A stretch of 64,000 nt of DNA from NCBI GenBank assembly GCA_902537615.1, contig CACBBU010000005.1:16581-80580 (forward strand), given 5' to 3'. Shown one piece after another: positions 1-9,299 of the stretch (position 1 is the first letter of the stretch; each line of letters starts with the position of its first letter). The position numbers and the translations under genes were made by a program. A model generated the notes under the pieces. It did not search any database and was not told the origin of the DNA. It was given only the letters and a program-made list of their open reading frames with translations. This DNA is from an uncultured Alphaproteobacteria bacterium (lineage in GTDB: Bacteria; Pseudomonadota; Alphaproteobacteria; Methylaequorales; Methylaequoraceae).

Positions 1-839
1 ATTGGAGCTGATCTTGGTAAATGCATTACGTTTAAAAAAATAGCTAAGCCCAAAAGCCCAAAAATTATTGAAGGAACTGCCGCAAGATTATTGATATTAA
101 TCTCAATAAAGTCTGTAAATTTATTTTTGGGAGCTAGTTCTTCTAAGAACACACCCGAGGCGACAGCAACAGGAAAACATAATAATAATGTAACAAGTAA
201 TGTAAAAAAAGAACCTAACATTGACCCTAGAATACCTGCTTGCTCAGGTTCTGTTGAGTCCGCATTTGATAAGAAATTCGTATTTAACCCAAATTTTATA
301 TCTCCATTTTTCTTCAAGGCATTAAACCAGCTCATTTGAATGTTATTTATCAATCTATCTTCTTCTAAAAAATTTTCCATCTGAGGGTTTTTATGGATAA
401 CATCAATTGTAGATGATGCTAATAACCAAATTTTTTTTGATTCTCCAATTATTTCAATATTTTCCATAGCAAGCTTCATAAGATTTTGCTCTGCTGCTGA
501 TGAAATAAAAACAGAAAGGTCCCTGAAAGTTTTTCTATCTTTTACTTCGGGAAAATAGTTTTTTAAAGCGTCATTTATTAATAATTTATAATTTGCAAAC
601 TTAAATTCTTCGGGGTTATTGGTTTTGTTGGGATCAATGATTTCTTGGTCAAAATTAATCTCTAATTGTATAAAAGTACTTTTGAATGCACCTTTTCCTT
701 CTACGAAAATTGAAGACAGAATCGTTATTAAAAATATAACAGCAGTACCAATTCCCAGAATTCCAAAAAATCTAAATCTTTTTTCACTTCTATGCCTTTT
801 TTCAAGCGATTTGCTTATTAATTCAGTGTTTTTACTCAT
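1..839 (-). CDS. pstA: Phosphate ABC transporter permease PstA (runs off the left edge)
   Basis: Not in the ORF track. ATG at 839 overlaps the pstC stop (ATGAGTAA). Reverse translation near the edge gives ...LIEININNLAAVPSIIFGLLGLAIF..., a PstA motif. Confidence 0.9.
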   Translation of the reverse strand, partial: MSKNTELISKSLEKRHRSEKRFRFFGILGIGTAVIFLITILSSIFVEGKGAFKSTFIQLEINFDQEIIDPNKTNNPEEFKFANYKLLINDALKNYFPEVKDRKTFRDLSVFISSAAEQNLMKLAMENIEIIGESKKIWLLASSTIDVIHKNPQMENFLEEDRLINNIQMSWFNALKKNGDIKFGLNTNFLSNADSTEPEQAGILGSMLGSFFTLLVTLLLCFPVAVASGVFLEELAPKNKFTDFIEININNLAAVPSIIFGLLGLAIFLNVMHLPRSAP

Positions 840-2217
840 ATCTTTCTCTGTATTTTTGGACAATTTTAAGTGCATACAAATTCAATAATAAAGTTACAAA
901 AAATAAAGTTATTCCGAGAGCAAATGCAGCGAGGGTTTTTGCACTATCAAATTCTTGGTCGCCTACTAATAGCGTTACAATTTGAACAGTTACAGTGGTT
1001 ACTGCCTCTAAAGGATTCGCAGTAAGATTTGCTGCAATACCTGCAGCCATTACAACAATCATTGTTTCCCCAATTGCACGTGAAATCGCTAATAAAATTG
1101 CTCCTACTATTCCTGGGAGTGCAGCAGGTAAAATAACTTTTTTAATAGTTTCTGATTTAGTAGCACCCATAGCATATGATCCATCTCTAAGTGACGTCGG
1201 AACAGATGTTATTACATCGTCTGATAATGAAGAAATAAACGGGATGATCATTATTCCCATAACCCCTCCTGCTGCCAATGCACTTTCTGAAGCCATTGAC
1301 AACCCTAATGATGAAACAAAATCCTTCAAAAATGGACCAACTGTTATTGCAGCAAAAAAACCGTAAACGACTGTTGGAACTCCAGCTAATATTTCAAGAA
1401 TTGGCTTGAAGGTTTTTCTTACAGTTGGTCTGGCGTATTCTGCCAGATAAATTGCTGATAGAAGGCCAACAGGGATAGCAACTGCCATTGCAACTAAGGT
1501 AATTAAAAGTGTTCCTGTGAAAATTGGTATCGCTCCGAATGAACCCTGGCTTGCTATCTGATCTTCTCTAATAGCAGTTTGAGGGCTCCAAGCTAAACCA
1601 AATAAAAAATCAAAAAAAGGGACTCTTTCAAAAAACCTAACGGCCTCAAAAATTAATGAAAAAACAATTCCTATAGTTGTAATAATTGCAATTACTGAAC
1701 AAAAAATTAAAAGGTTTATATTTGCTTTTTCAACTGCTTGACGTGCCCTGAAAAAAGTAGAGACTTTTCTCAGTGAAACCAAACTTGAAATTAAACCTAC
1801 AACCAGTACTAAAAGAAAAACATATGAATCAGAATTAGTTGTTAATGTCTGATAATAAGCCGCGGAATCAATAATTAAAGGATTAGTCCCTGGAAAAATT
1901 TTTTCTGGGTTTGTTGCTTTTATTGTATCCATGAGCATCGATGGGTTGCCTTTGAAGTTATCAACAAGGCTTAGTGGAATAGATTCTTTAAGGAAGATGT
2001 CAATTATGTAAGGTTTAAAAAAAAACCAACAAATAAGTATTATTGAACTGGGTAACAACAACCACAAAAGAGAATATGTTCCATAATAAGAAGGAAGGGA
2101 AGGAAGTTTTGATCCTTTTGTAATATCTTCGTTAATTTTAAGAGCTTTTGTAGTTCCATACCAATGGATGTAAAAGCTAAGAAAACAAAAGATGATTAAA
2201 AAGGACCAAAACCCCAT
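832..2217 (-). CDS. pstC: Phosphate ABC transporter permease PstC (long alphaproteobacterial form)
   Basis: LEILAGVPTVVYGFFA and SRAIGETMIV motifs; follows pstS. Confidence 0.95.
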   Translation of the reverse strand: MGFWSFLIIFCFLSFYIHWYGTTKALKINEDITKGSKLPSLPSYYGTYSLLWLLLPSSIILICWFFFKPYIIDIFLKESIPLSLVDNFKGNPSMLMDTIKATNPEKIFPGTNPLIIDSAAYYQTLTTNSDSYVFLLVLVVGLISSLVSLRKVSTFFRARQAVEKANINLLIFCSVIAIITTIGIVFSLIFEAVRFFERVPFFDFLFGLAWSPQTAIREDQIASQGSFGAIPIFTGTLLITLVAMAVAIPVGLLSAIYLAEYARPTVRKTFKPILEILAGVPTVVYGFFAAITVGPFLKDFVSSLGLSMASESALAAGGVMGIMIIPFISSLSDDVITSVPTSLRDGSYAMGATKSETIKKVILPAALPGIVGAILLAISRAIGETMIVVMAAGIAANLTANPLEAVTTVTVQIVTLLVGDQEFDSAKTLAAFALGITLFFVTLLLNLYALKIVQKYRERYE

Positions 2218-2226
2218 ATTTAAAGC

Positions 2227-3279
2227 TTACTTCTTCTGAAGAACTTTTGCATCAAATTTTGCCAAAGATTTACCATCTTTTTCAAATTTTGCTCTTTCAC
2301 CTTCAGGGAGTGGTATTAGGCCTTTGGGGACTAAATAACCATCATTTCCTATTGCCTTACTTGCTGTAAATTCTCTTACATATTCTTTAACACCTGGAAT
2401 TACAGATGCATGAGCATTTTTTACATAAAAGAATAAAGATCTCGAAACAGGATACTTTCCAGAGGAGATTGCTTCAAATTCAGGAAAAACGCCATCAACC
2501 TTGGCGGCTTTCACTTTATCTCTATTTTGATCTAAAAAAGAATAACCAAAAACTCCTAATGCATTTGGATCAGCAACTAATTTTTCAATGATTAAATTAT
2601 CATTTTCACCAGCCTCAACGAATGGACCATCTTCCCTAACGCTTCTACACTGCTTTTTATAAAGTTTTTTGTTAGATTTTTTTAAAGCTTTTCTTCCGGG
2701 AAACTTTTTACAGCCTCTTTCGATAGCAAGCTCGTTAAAAGCATCTCGCGTTCCAGAAGTTGGAGGCGGTCCAATAACTACAATAGGCTTGGCAGGAAGA
2801 GCTGGGTTAACTTCATTCCACATTTTGTATGGGTTAGGTTTAACTGTGTTTCCTTCAGGGTCAGCTGGAACATCTTTTGCTAAAGCTAAGTAAACATCTT
2901 TTAAAGTTAGCTCTAACATTGGTGCAGATTTAGCATTTGCCATTGCAATACCATCGAAACCAACTTTAATTTCAGTAATGTCGGTAACACCATTTTTAGT
3001 ACATTTTTTTACTTCTTTCATCTTAATTCTTCTAGAAGCATTAGTTATATCTGGATGTTCTGTACCTAATCCAGCACAAAAAAGCTTTAATCCGCCCCCT
3101 GAGCCAGTTGACTCAATAACTGGCGTTTTAAAACCACTTGTTTTTCCAAATCTTTCAGCAACAACTGTTGCAAAAGGATATACCGTTGAAGACCCAACGA
3201 TTTTAATTTGATCACGTGAACTGACCTGGCTAGATAAACCAATAGTCAGAGCAGCTGCGACTAACATAGTTTTTTTCAT
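2227..3279 (-). CDS. pstS: Phosphate ABC transporter substrate-binding protein PstS
   Basis: Signal peptide; IVGSSTVYPF, STGSGGG, PPTSGTRDAF and YPVSRSLFFY motifs. Confidence 0.95.
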   Translation of the reverse strand: MKKTMLVAAALTIGLSSQVSSRDQIKIVGSSTVYPFATVVAERFGKTSGFKTPVIESTGSGGGLKLFCAGLGTEHPDITNASRRIKMKEVKKCTKNGVTDITEIKVGFDGIAMANAKSAPMLELTLKDVYLALAKDVPADPEGNTVKPNPYKMWNEVNPALPAKPIVVIGPPPTSGTRDAFNELAIERGCKKFPGRKALKKSNKKLYKKQCRSVREDGPFVEAGENDNLIIEKLVADPNALGVFGYSFLDQNRDKVKAAKVDGVFPEFEAISSGKYPVSRSLFFYVKNAHASVIPGVKEYVREFTASKAIGNDGYLVPKGLIPLPEGERAKFEKDGKSLAKFDAKVLQKK

Positions 3280-3340
3280 TATTTTCCTCTCTTTGTTGAA
3301 AAGTTAAGATTTAAAAATAAAGAATAATGAGGAAACAAAT

Positions 3341-3369
3341 ATTACAGAATTGTTACAGTTTTATGACAT
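3341..3369 (-). promoter_or_regulatory. Pho box (three half-sites, 11-bp period) upstream of pstS
   Basis: Minus strand ATGTCAT-AAAA-CTGTAAC-AATT-CTGTAAT versus the PhoB consensus CTGTCAT-N4-CTGTCAY. Confidence 0.9.
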
Positions 3370-3376
3370 AATTTTT

Positions 3377-4822
3377 TTAATTATTTTTGTATATGTTAGA
3401 TATGTTTTCAATTCCCCTATTAAGAGATTGACTGAAAACTAAATGAGGATCTTTATTAATTTTCAAGGATACTTTATTTTTTTTTGTCATACTAATTTTA
3501 CAAAGCTTAAGAACTTTGTAGTTTAGTCTTCCGGTCAAATGATGGACTATTCTAAGCAACTGCCCAAGAACTTTACAACTTTCCAATTCACGCGGTGAAA
3601 CTTTGTTTGTGTAAGTTGTTACAAAATTATCTTTTATAGAGTTTGAATATCTGAAATAAAGAATTAAAGATAAAAGATACCTATCTTTTCTTTCTAAATG
3701 ATTGAATGGATAATATAGAATCTCTTCTAATGCAAAAACACGTCTGTGCTCTGGATGAATGTTGGCCCCTATATTCATCAACCAACAAGCTGCTTTGACA
3801 ATTCTGTCGCACAATTTTATGTTACCATCAAATGATTTTACCCAGTCGAAAATTTTTTTTACATCCCTGGTCTTTGCTAAATTTGAGATTTTCTTAACCT
3901 GCGAAAAAAAGGGATCACTTTCCTTTTCACTTATGTTTTTGTAAAGTATTCCTTCTCTTATTCCTGTATTTGTAAAATAGATATTTTTTATTTTAAATTT
4001 TTTTACAATTTTTTCTAAAATAACAAGGCTGTAAGGAATTATCTGACACCTAGACTTAGAAATTTTTTTTAGGAAATTTTCGTTAATTGTACCCTCTTTA
4101 AATATTACTTTTCTGATTGAGTGAATAAAATTTTCAGCATTAACTGAGTAGTCTTGAATTATTTTAATCTCATCATTTTCGATATGCATGTGAACTTTTG
4201 CTAATGCCCTAAAGGACCCACCTATTGCATAGAAATTTTTAAAGTTTTTAGATTCAATTTTTTTTAAATTTCTATCTATAAAATTTGAAACAATGACTCC
4301 ATCTGGCTGACCTAAACCTTGAAGTACTACATGACCTAAATTTGATGACCCAAGAAATTCCGATTGGTCTCTTTTTTTTACTTTAACTAACTCTAGGCTT
4401 CCTCCACCAAAGTCTCCAACTAATCCATTAACTATATTTCTTGAAAAAAATAAACCTTTTGCAGCGAGAAGGCCTTCTTCCTTTTCACTTAAAACTTTTA
4501 ATCGAATTCCAAATTTTTTTAAAATTAAGTTTACCAATATTTGCTTATTTTTTGCTGTTCTTACAGCTGCAGATCCAAAAACAATGATATTTTTTTTCTT
4601 TATGTTTTTTGAAATCTCAAAAAATCTTTTTAAAACAATTATTAACTCCTCGATCATTCCTTTTGAAAAAGATCGATTAGAACATATAATTTTTCCTAAA
4701 TTCATAACTACCTTTTCGTTGAAAATTGTATTTGCTGAATAACTAACTGAGTCAAAGATAACTAATCTAACTGAAGATGATCCAATGTCTATAACAGCGA
4801 AAGGAGATTTATTTTTTTTCAT
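3377..4822 (-). CDS. ppx: Exopolyphosphatase, Ppx/GppA family
   Basis: AVIDIGSSSVRL, DFGGGSLE and GIREG motifs; overlaps ppk1. Confidence 0.9.
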   Translation of the reverse strand: MKKNKSPFAVIDIGSSSVRLVIFDSVSYSANTIFNEKVVMNLGKIICSNRSFSKGMIEELIIVLKRFFEISKNIKKKNIIVFGSAAVRTAKNKQILVNLILKKFGIRLKVLSEKEEGLLAAKGLFFSRNIVNGLVGDFGGGSLELVKVKKRDQSEFLGSSNLGHVVLQGLGQPDGVIVSNFIDRNLKKIESKNFKNFYAIGGSFRALAKVHMHIENDEIKIIQDYSVNAENFIHSIRKVIFKEGTINENFLKKISKSRCQIIPYSLVILEKIVKKFKIKNIYFTNTGIREGILYKNISEKESDPFFSQVKKISNLAKTRDVKKIFDWVKSFDGNIKLCDRIVKAACWLMNIGANIHPEHRRVFALEEILYYPFNHLERKDRYLLSLILYFRYSNSIKDNFVTTYTNKVSPRELESCKVLGQLLRIVHHLTGRLNYKVLKLCKISMTKKNKVSLKINKDPHLVFSQSLNRGIENISNIYKNN

Positions 4823-6911
4823 TTGCTTGTAAGTGTGAACCTCTACCAGATAACGATGGATTATTTATAAAAAAATTATGTGCAGAAAAAACATTTCTTT
4901 TTTTAATTTTTTTATATACACCATTATGATCTAAAACCCAACTGTTTGTATTGTCTTTTAAATAACTAATCATTATCTGTTCTAAAACTTGCTTATGGAC
5001 AGTATCATTGATAATTGGAATAAAAGTTTCGACTCGCCTATCGAGATTTCTTGTCATCATATCAGCAGATGAAATAAAAATTTTATTTTGTCTATCTGGC
5101 ATTTTTTTTCCATTTGCAAAGCAATATATTCGACTGTGTTCTAAAAATCTACCTACCAAGCTTTTAACAAAAATATTTTCAGATAAATTTTTAACACCAG
5201 GACGTAAACCACATATTCCTCTAACTATAAGAAAAATTTTTACTCCTGCTTGAGAGGCTTCATAAAGTTTATCGATGATTTCATCATCAATTAATGAATT
5301 AACTTTAATCCAAATTTCTGCTGGCAATTTTTTCTTTGAGTTAATTATTTCGTTATCAATGAGCTCTATCATAAAGTTTCTAAGTAAAGTTGGCGAATAT
5401 GAAACCAACTGCATTTTTTGAGGTTTTGTATAACCTGTAATAAAATTAAAAATTTTTAAGGCATCATTCACCAATTCTTCGTTACAAGAAAAATACGATA
5501 GGTCTGTATAAATTTTAGCTGTAATCGGATGATAATTTCCAGTTCCAAAATGAACATAAGAGGTTATATCATCATCTTCTTGTCTTGAAATCAAAGAAAT
5601 TTTTGCATGTGTTTTCCATTTGAGAAAACCATAAACAATGTTTACCCCTGATTTTTCAAGATCCTTTGCCCACTGTATATTTTTTTCCTCATCAAACCTT
5701 GCTTTTAATTCAACTACTGCTGTTACAGACTTCCCATTATTTGATGCTGTCTTTAATGCCTCGATAATTGGTGATTCAGAACTAGTTCTGTAAAGAGTTT
5801 GTTTAATTGAAATAACCTTAGGATCTTTTGATGCCTGTTGTAAAAAGTTAACTACAACATCAAAACTTTCGAATGGATGATGTATAAGTATATCCTTTTT
5901 TTTAATGGCAGAAAAACATTTTCCTTTAAAATCTAGTATTCTTTGCGGGTATCTTGATTTAAAAGGTTTGAAGCAAAGGGATAATTTTTTTTCATCAATT
6001 AGTTCATTAAGAGAACTAACATCTAAAATTGATTTTAAGCGAAAAATACTTTCATCTTTAACCTTTAAAGATTTTCTTAGAAAGTTTAGTAATTTCTTTT
6101 CTACTCTACCTTGAACGTATAAACCAACAACCTCACCACGACGTCTTTTTTTTAATGCTGTTTCGAATGATAGAAGAAGATCCTCAGCTTCCTCTTCGAA
6201 ATCTATATCACTATCTCTGATTATTCTGATAAATGTATAATGAGCTAGTTTATAATCAGGAAAAATAGATTTTAAATTTTGTAAGATTATATTTTCAGAG
6301 CTTACGAAAATATCTTCTTTTTTACTTATTTTAAAAAACCTTTTTAACTTGGGAGGCAGAATAACTAAGGAATAAGAGGTTTTTCCAGCTTTATTTTTTA
6401 ATGAGCAAACTAAGCTCAAACTCAGATTTGGTAAGAAAGGAAAAGGATGCGCAGGATCAATTGCTAGGGGTGTTAGTGTTGAAAAGATTTTTTTCTCAAA
6501 GATTGTATAAATTATTTCACGTTTTTTTTTTAAATTTTTTGGGGAATCAATGATTCTTATTTTTTCTTTCTCTAACTTTTCCCTCAAATCAGTTAAGATT
6601 AATTGTTGTTTTTTTAGAAGTATTTTCATAGATTTAGCAACCTCTTGGTATTGCTGTCTTGTAGTTCGTCCATCAGAGGTTCGGATAAAAATTTTTTTTT
6701 TGAGTTGCCTAAATAAACCAGCAACTCTTACCATATGAAACTCATCTAAATTATTTCCCGAAATCGATAAAAATCTTAATCTCTCAAGAATAGGGTTTTT
6801 ATTATTTTGCGCTTCTTTTAGAACTCTTTCATTAAAATTTAACCAGGATAATTCTCTGTTAATAAATCTTTGGGGACTTTTTTTAATATTATTTTTATTT
6901 TTCCTTACCAT
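4809..6911 (-). CDS. ppk1: Polyphosphate kinase 1
   Basis: RFINRELSWL, KQTLYRTS, ELKARFDEE, KTHAK, HFGTGNY and GRFLEHSR motifs. Confidence 0.97.
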   Translation of the reverse strand: MVRKNKNNIKKSPQRFINRELSWLNFNERVLKEAQNNKNPILERLRFLSISGNNLDEFHMVRVAGLFRQLKKKIFIRTSDGRTTRQQYQEVAKSMKILLKKQQLILTDLREKLEKEKIRIIDSPKNLKKKREIIYTIFEKKIFSTLTPLAIDPAHPFPFLPNLSLSLVCSLKNKAGKTSYSLVILPPKLKRFFKISKKEDIFVSSENIILQNLKSIFPDYKLAHYTFIRIIRDSDIDFEEEAEDLLLSFETALKKRRRGEVVGLYVQGRVEKKLLNFLRKSLKVKDESIFRLKSILDVSSLNELIDEKKLSLCFKPFKSRYPQRILDFKGKCFSAIKKKDILIHHPFESFDVVVNFLQQASKDPKVISIKQTLYRTSSESPIIEALKTASNNGKSVTAVVELKARFDEEKNIQWAKDLEKSGVNIVYGFLKWKTHAKISLISRQEDDDITSYVHFGTGNYHPITAKIYTDLSYFSCNEELVNDALKIFNFITGYTKPQKMQLVSYSPTLLRNFMIELIDNEIINSKKKLPAEIWIKVNSLIDDEIIDKLYEASQAGVKIFLIVRGICGLRPGVKNLSENIFVKSLVGRFLEHSRIYCFANGKKMPDRQNKIFISSADMMTRNLDRRVETFIPIINDTVHKQVLEQIMISYLKDNTNSWVLDHNGVYKKIKKRNVFSAHNFFINNPSLSGRGSHLQANEKK

Positions 6912-6914
6912 TCT

Positions 6915-8174
6915 TTAAAAAGCCTCTTTGTTAATACTCAATTTATTTGTAAAAAAGACATTAATCATTATCATTATTGTTGAAGTTGCTAAGCAAACAA
7001 TTATGCCTCCAAATTGATATGAAATTCCAGAAAATAGTGTTCCAAAGAATCTTCCAAATGCGTTTGCCATATAATAAAAACCTACATCTAAGGCAACCCT
7101 TTCTTTTTTCGTGAATTTTAAAATTAAATATGAATGTAAAGACGAATTTACGGCAAAGATAAATCCAAAAGTAATCAACAGAATAATAGTAATTATTAAT
7201 TGTATTTGTTCGGATTTGCTGACTAAGTAAATTAAAAAAGTGAATATTAACAATGTTATAAATAAAAACTTACACCATTTTTTTGATTCATTTACTAATG
7301 ATTGTTCAGATTTTATTTTTAAATTTATTATAGATGGTCCCATAGCTTGAACAATACCGTAGAAGATAACCCAAATAGCCATTAGGCTACCAACTATAAA
7401 AAATGGTGTTGAATTAGTTTGCTGTTCAGAAACTGAAAAAAAACTATAAAAATAAACAGGAACACCAACTACAAACCAAACATCCCTAGAGCCAAAAAGG
7501 AAAACTCTTGCTAAAGATAAATAATTTATATTTCTTGATTTTGATCTAATATCAGAAAGCCTTACCTTTTTGTTACCGCTTGGTAGTTCAGAGGAGATAG
7601 AAATCATAACTATTGTTAATATTCCAACTAATAAAAGAATCATCAGAGTTAAAGAAGGTTCAAAACCAATAGTTGAAAGTAATAAGCCTCCAACAAGAAA
7701 ACCTAACCCCTTTAAGGCATTCTTTGAGCCAGTAAGAAATGAAACTAATTTAAATAAGTTTCCCTTTTTTTTTGATGAAATAAACTTTACAACTGATTTT
7801 GACGACATTTTTGTGAGATCTTTTGCAATTCCACTAAAGCCCTGTACGATCATAACATAGATAATTGACAGCTCTAAAGCCCAACTTTTATCAAGCATTA
7901 AAAGTAGCGTTAAAGAGACTATTTGAATTGACAAACCAGAAAACAACGTACTCTTTAGACCAAATCGTGAAGCTAACCAACCTCCGAAGTAATTCGTAAT
8001 AATCCCTGCTAACTCATAAACAAGAAATAGGTAAGCTAGTTCAATGGGTGTAAACCCCATAGAGTGAAAATGTAATAAAACTATCATTCTCAGAGCACCA
8101 TCGGTGAGCATGAAAGACCAATATGAAAGTGTTATTAAAAAGAAAGTTTTCTGTTTTTGATAAATATTTTTCAC
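6915..8174 (-). CDS. arsJ: Organoarsenical efflux MFS transporter ArsJ
   Basis: YWSFMLTDGALRMIVLLHFH, AKDLTKMSSKS, LTGSKNALKG, RDVWFVVG and DVGFYYMANA are ArsJ-family signatures. Confidence 0.9.
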   Translation of the reverse strand: MKNIYQKQKTFFLITLSYWSFMLTDGALRMIVLLHFHSMGFTPIELAYLFLVYELAGIITNYFGGWLASRFGLKSTLFSGLSIQIVSLTLLLMLDKSWALELSIIYVMIVQGFSGIAKDLTKMSSKSVVKFISSKKKGNLFKLVSFLTGSKNALKGLGFLVGGLLLSTIGFEPSLTLMILLLVGILTIVMISISSELPSGNKKVRLSDIRSKSRNINYLSLARVFLFGSRDVWFVVGVPVYFYSFFSVSEQQTNSTPFFIVGSLMAIWVIFYGIVQAMGPSIINLKIKSEQSLVNESKKWCKFLFITLLIFTFLIYLVSKSEQIQLIITIILLITFGFIFAVNSSLHSYLILKFTKKERVALDVGFYYMANAFGRFFGTLFSGISYQFGGIIVCLATSTIMIMINVFFTNKLSINKEAF

Positions 8175-9169
8175 AAAAATGACCCTACCATCTGGGATAC
8201 ATCTATTAGTCGCTCAGCATAACCAATTTCATTATCATACCACGCATAAATTTTTACCTGTGTTTCGTTAATAACCATTGTACAATCAGCATCAATTATT
8301 GCTGACCTTTTATCACTTAGGTAATCAGTAGAAACGAGTGGTTTTTCCTCATAACCTAATATTCCTCTAAGTTCTTGTTCAGAAGCTTTTTTAAGAAGAT
8401 TATTTATTTCTTTCTTGTTTGTTTTCCGAGAAACTTCAAATACACAATCAGTTAAGGATGAATTTAAAAGAGGTACTCGTACGGCTTGACCATTTAATTT
8501 TCCTAGTAATTCAGGATAAATTAGAGTAATTGCTTTAGCGCTTCCTGTGGTTGTTGGAATTAGAGAATTCAGTGCAGATCTTGCTCTTCGAAATTCTTTA
8601 TTTGCCTTATCAACTATTGTTTGGGTATTCGTTGGGTTGTGAATTGTTGTAATTGACCCGTGTTTTATACCTATATTCTCATGAATTACTTTAACAATCG
8701 GTGCAAGACAGTTAGTAGTACAGCTTGCAGCAGTAACTATATCGTATTTTTTGGAATCGTAGATATCTTGATTAACCCCGTAAACAATGTTAGCTATATT
8801 TTCATCTTCAATGGGAGCAGAAACGACAACTTTTTTAACACCCATGTTAAAGTAATTCAAAAGTTTAGATCTTGATTTATAATAACCAGTACAATCAATA
8901 ATAATATCAACATCTTCCAACTCAATATTTTCAATAGTAGAGCTTGTTTGAAAGATTATTTTTTTATCATTTATAGTGATAGATTTCTCATCATTACTAA
9001 AATCAGCATCCCATTTTCCATGAACTGAGTCATATTCAAGAAGATGACGATGTAAATCAATCGTTCCCGAAGAATCATTTATCCAGGAAACTTTAGCCTC
9101 TCTCTCAATAAGTGCTTTAAGTGCAAACTTTCCAATCCTTCCAATTCCGTTGATTCCGTATGTAACCAT
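8171..9169 (-). CDS. gap: ArsJ-associated glyceraldehyde-3-phosphate dehydrogenase
   Basis: GINGIGRIG, TAASCTTNCLAP, TNTQTIVD...RRARSA and WYDNE motifs; 4-bp overlap with arsJ. Confidence 0.9.
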   Translation of the reverse strand: MVTYGINGIGRIGKFALKALIEREAKVSWINDSSGTIDLHRHLLEYDSVHGKWDADFSNDEKSITINDKKIIFQTSSTIENIELEDVDIIIDCTGYYKSRSKLLNYFNMGVKKVVVSAPIEDENIANIVYGVNQDIYDSKKYDIVTAASCTTNCLAPIVKVIHENIGIKHGSITTIHNPTNTQTIVDKANKEFRRARSALNSLIPTTTGSAKAITLIYPELLGKLNGQAVRVPLLNSSLTDCVFEVSRKTNKKEINNLLKKASEQELRGILGYEEKPLVSTDYLSDKRSAIIDADCTMVINETQVKIYAWYDNEIGYAERLIDVSQMVGSFL

Positions 9170-9191
9170 TTGATATCGTTACTTTGAGATT

Positions 9192-9209
9192 GTTACAGTT
9201 TTATGACTG
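9192..9209 (-). promoter_or_regulatory. Pho box upstream of gap-arsJ-ppk1-ppx
   Basis: Minus strand CAGTCAT-AAAA-CTGTAAC; 19 bp (9189-9207) are identical to the pstS box (3349-3367). Confidence 0.85.
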
Positions 9210-9248
9210 TTTTAACGGTGTTTTACAAACGTCCTATCAAATTAATAG

Positions 9249-9296
9249 TTAAGTCCACCATGTCCTAATTATACTTTTAGGTCATGATGGATTTAA
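9249..9296. repeat. Imperfect 20-8-20 inverted repeat at the 3' end of the Lys-rich gene
   Basis: TTAAGTCCACCATGTCCTAA-ttatactt-TTAGGTCATGATGGATTTAA; 17 of 20 positions complementary. Confidence 0.8.
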
Positions 9297-9299
9297 ACA

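Noticed and set aside
9248-9298. Hairpin as an integron attC site
   Set aside because: The ends read GTT...AAC, the reverse of the RYYYAAC...GTTRRRY order. There is no integrase or cassette array.
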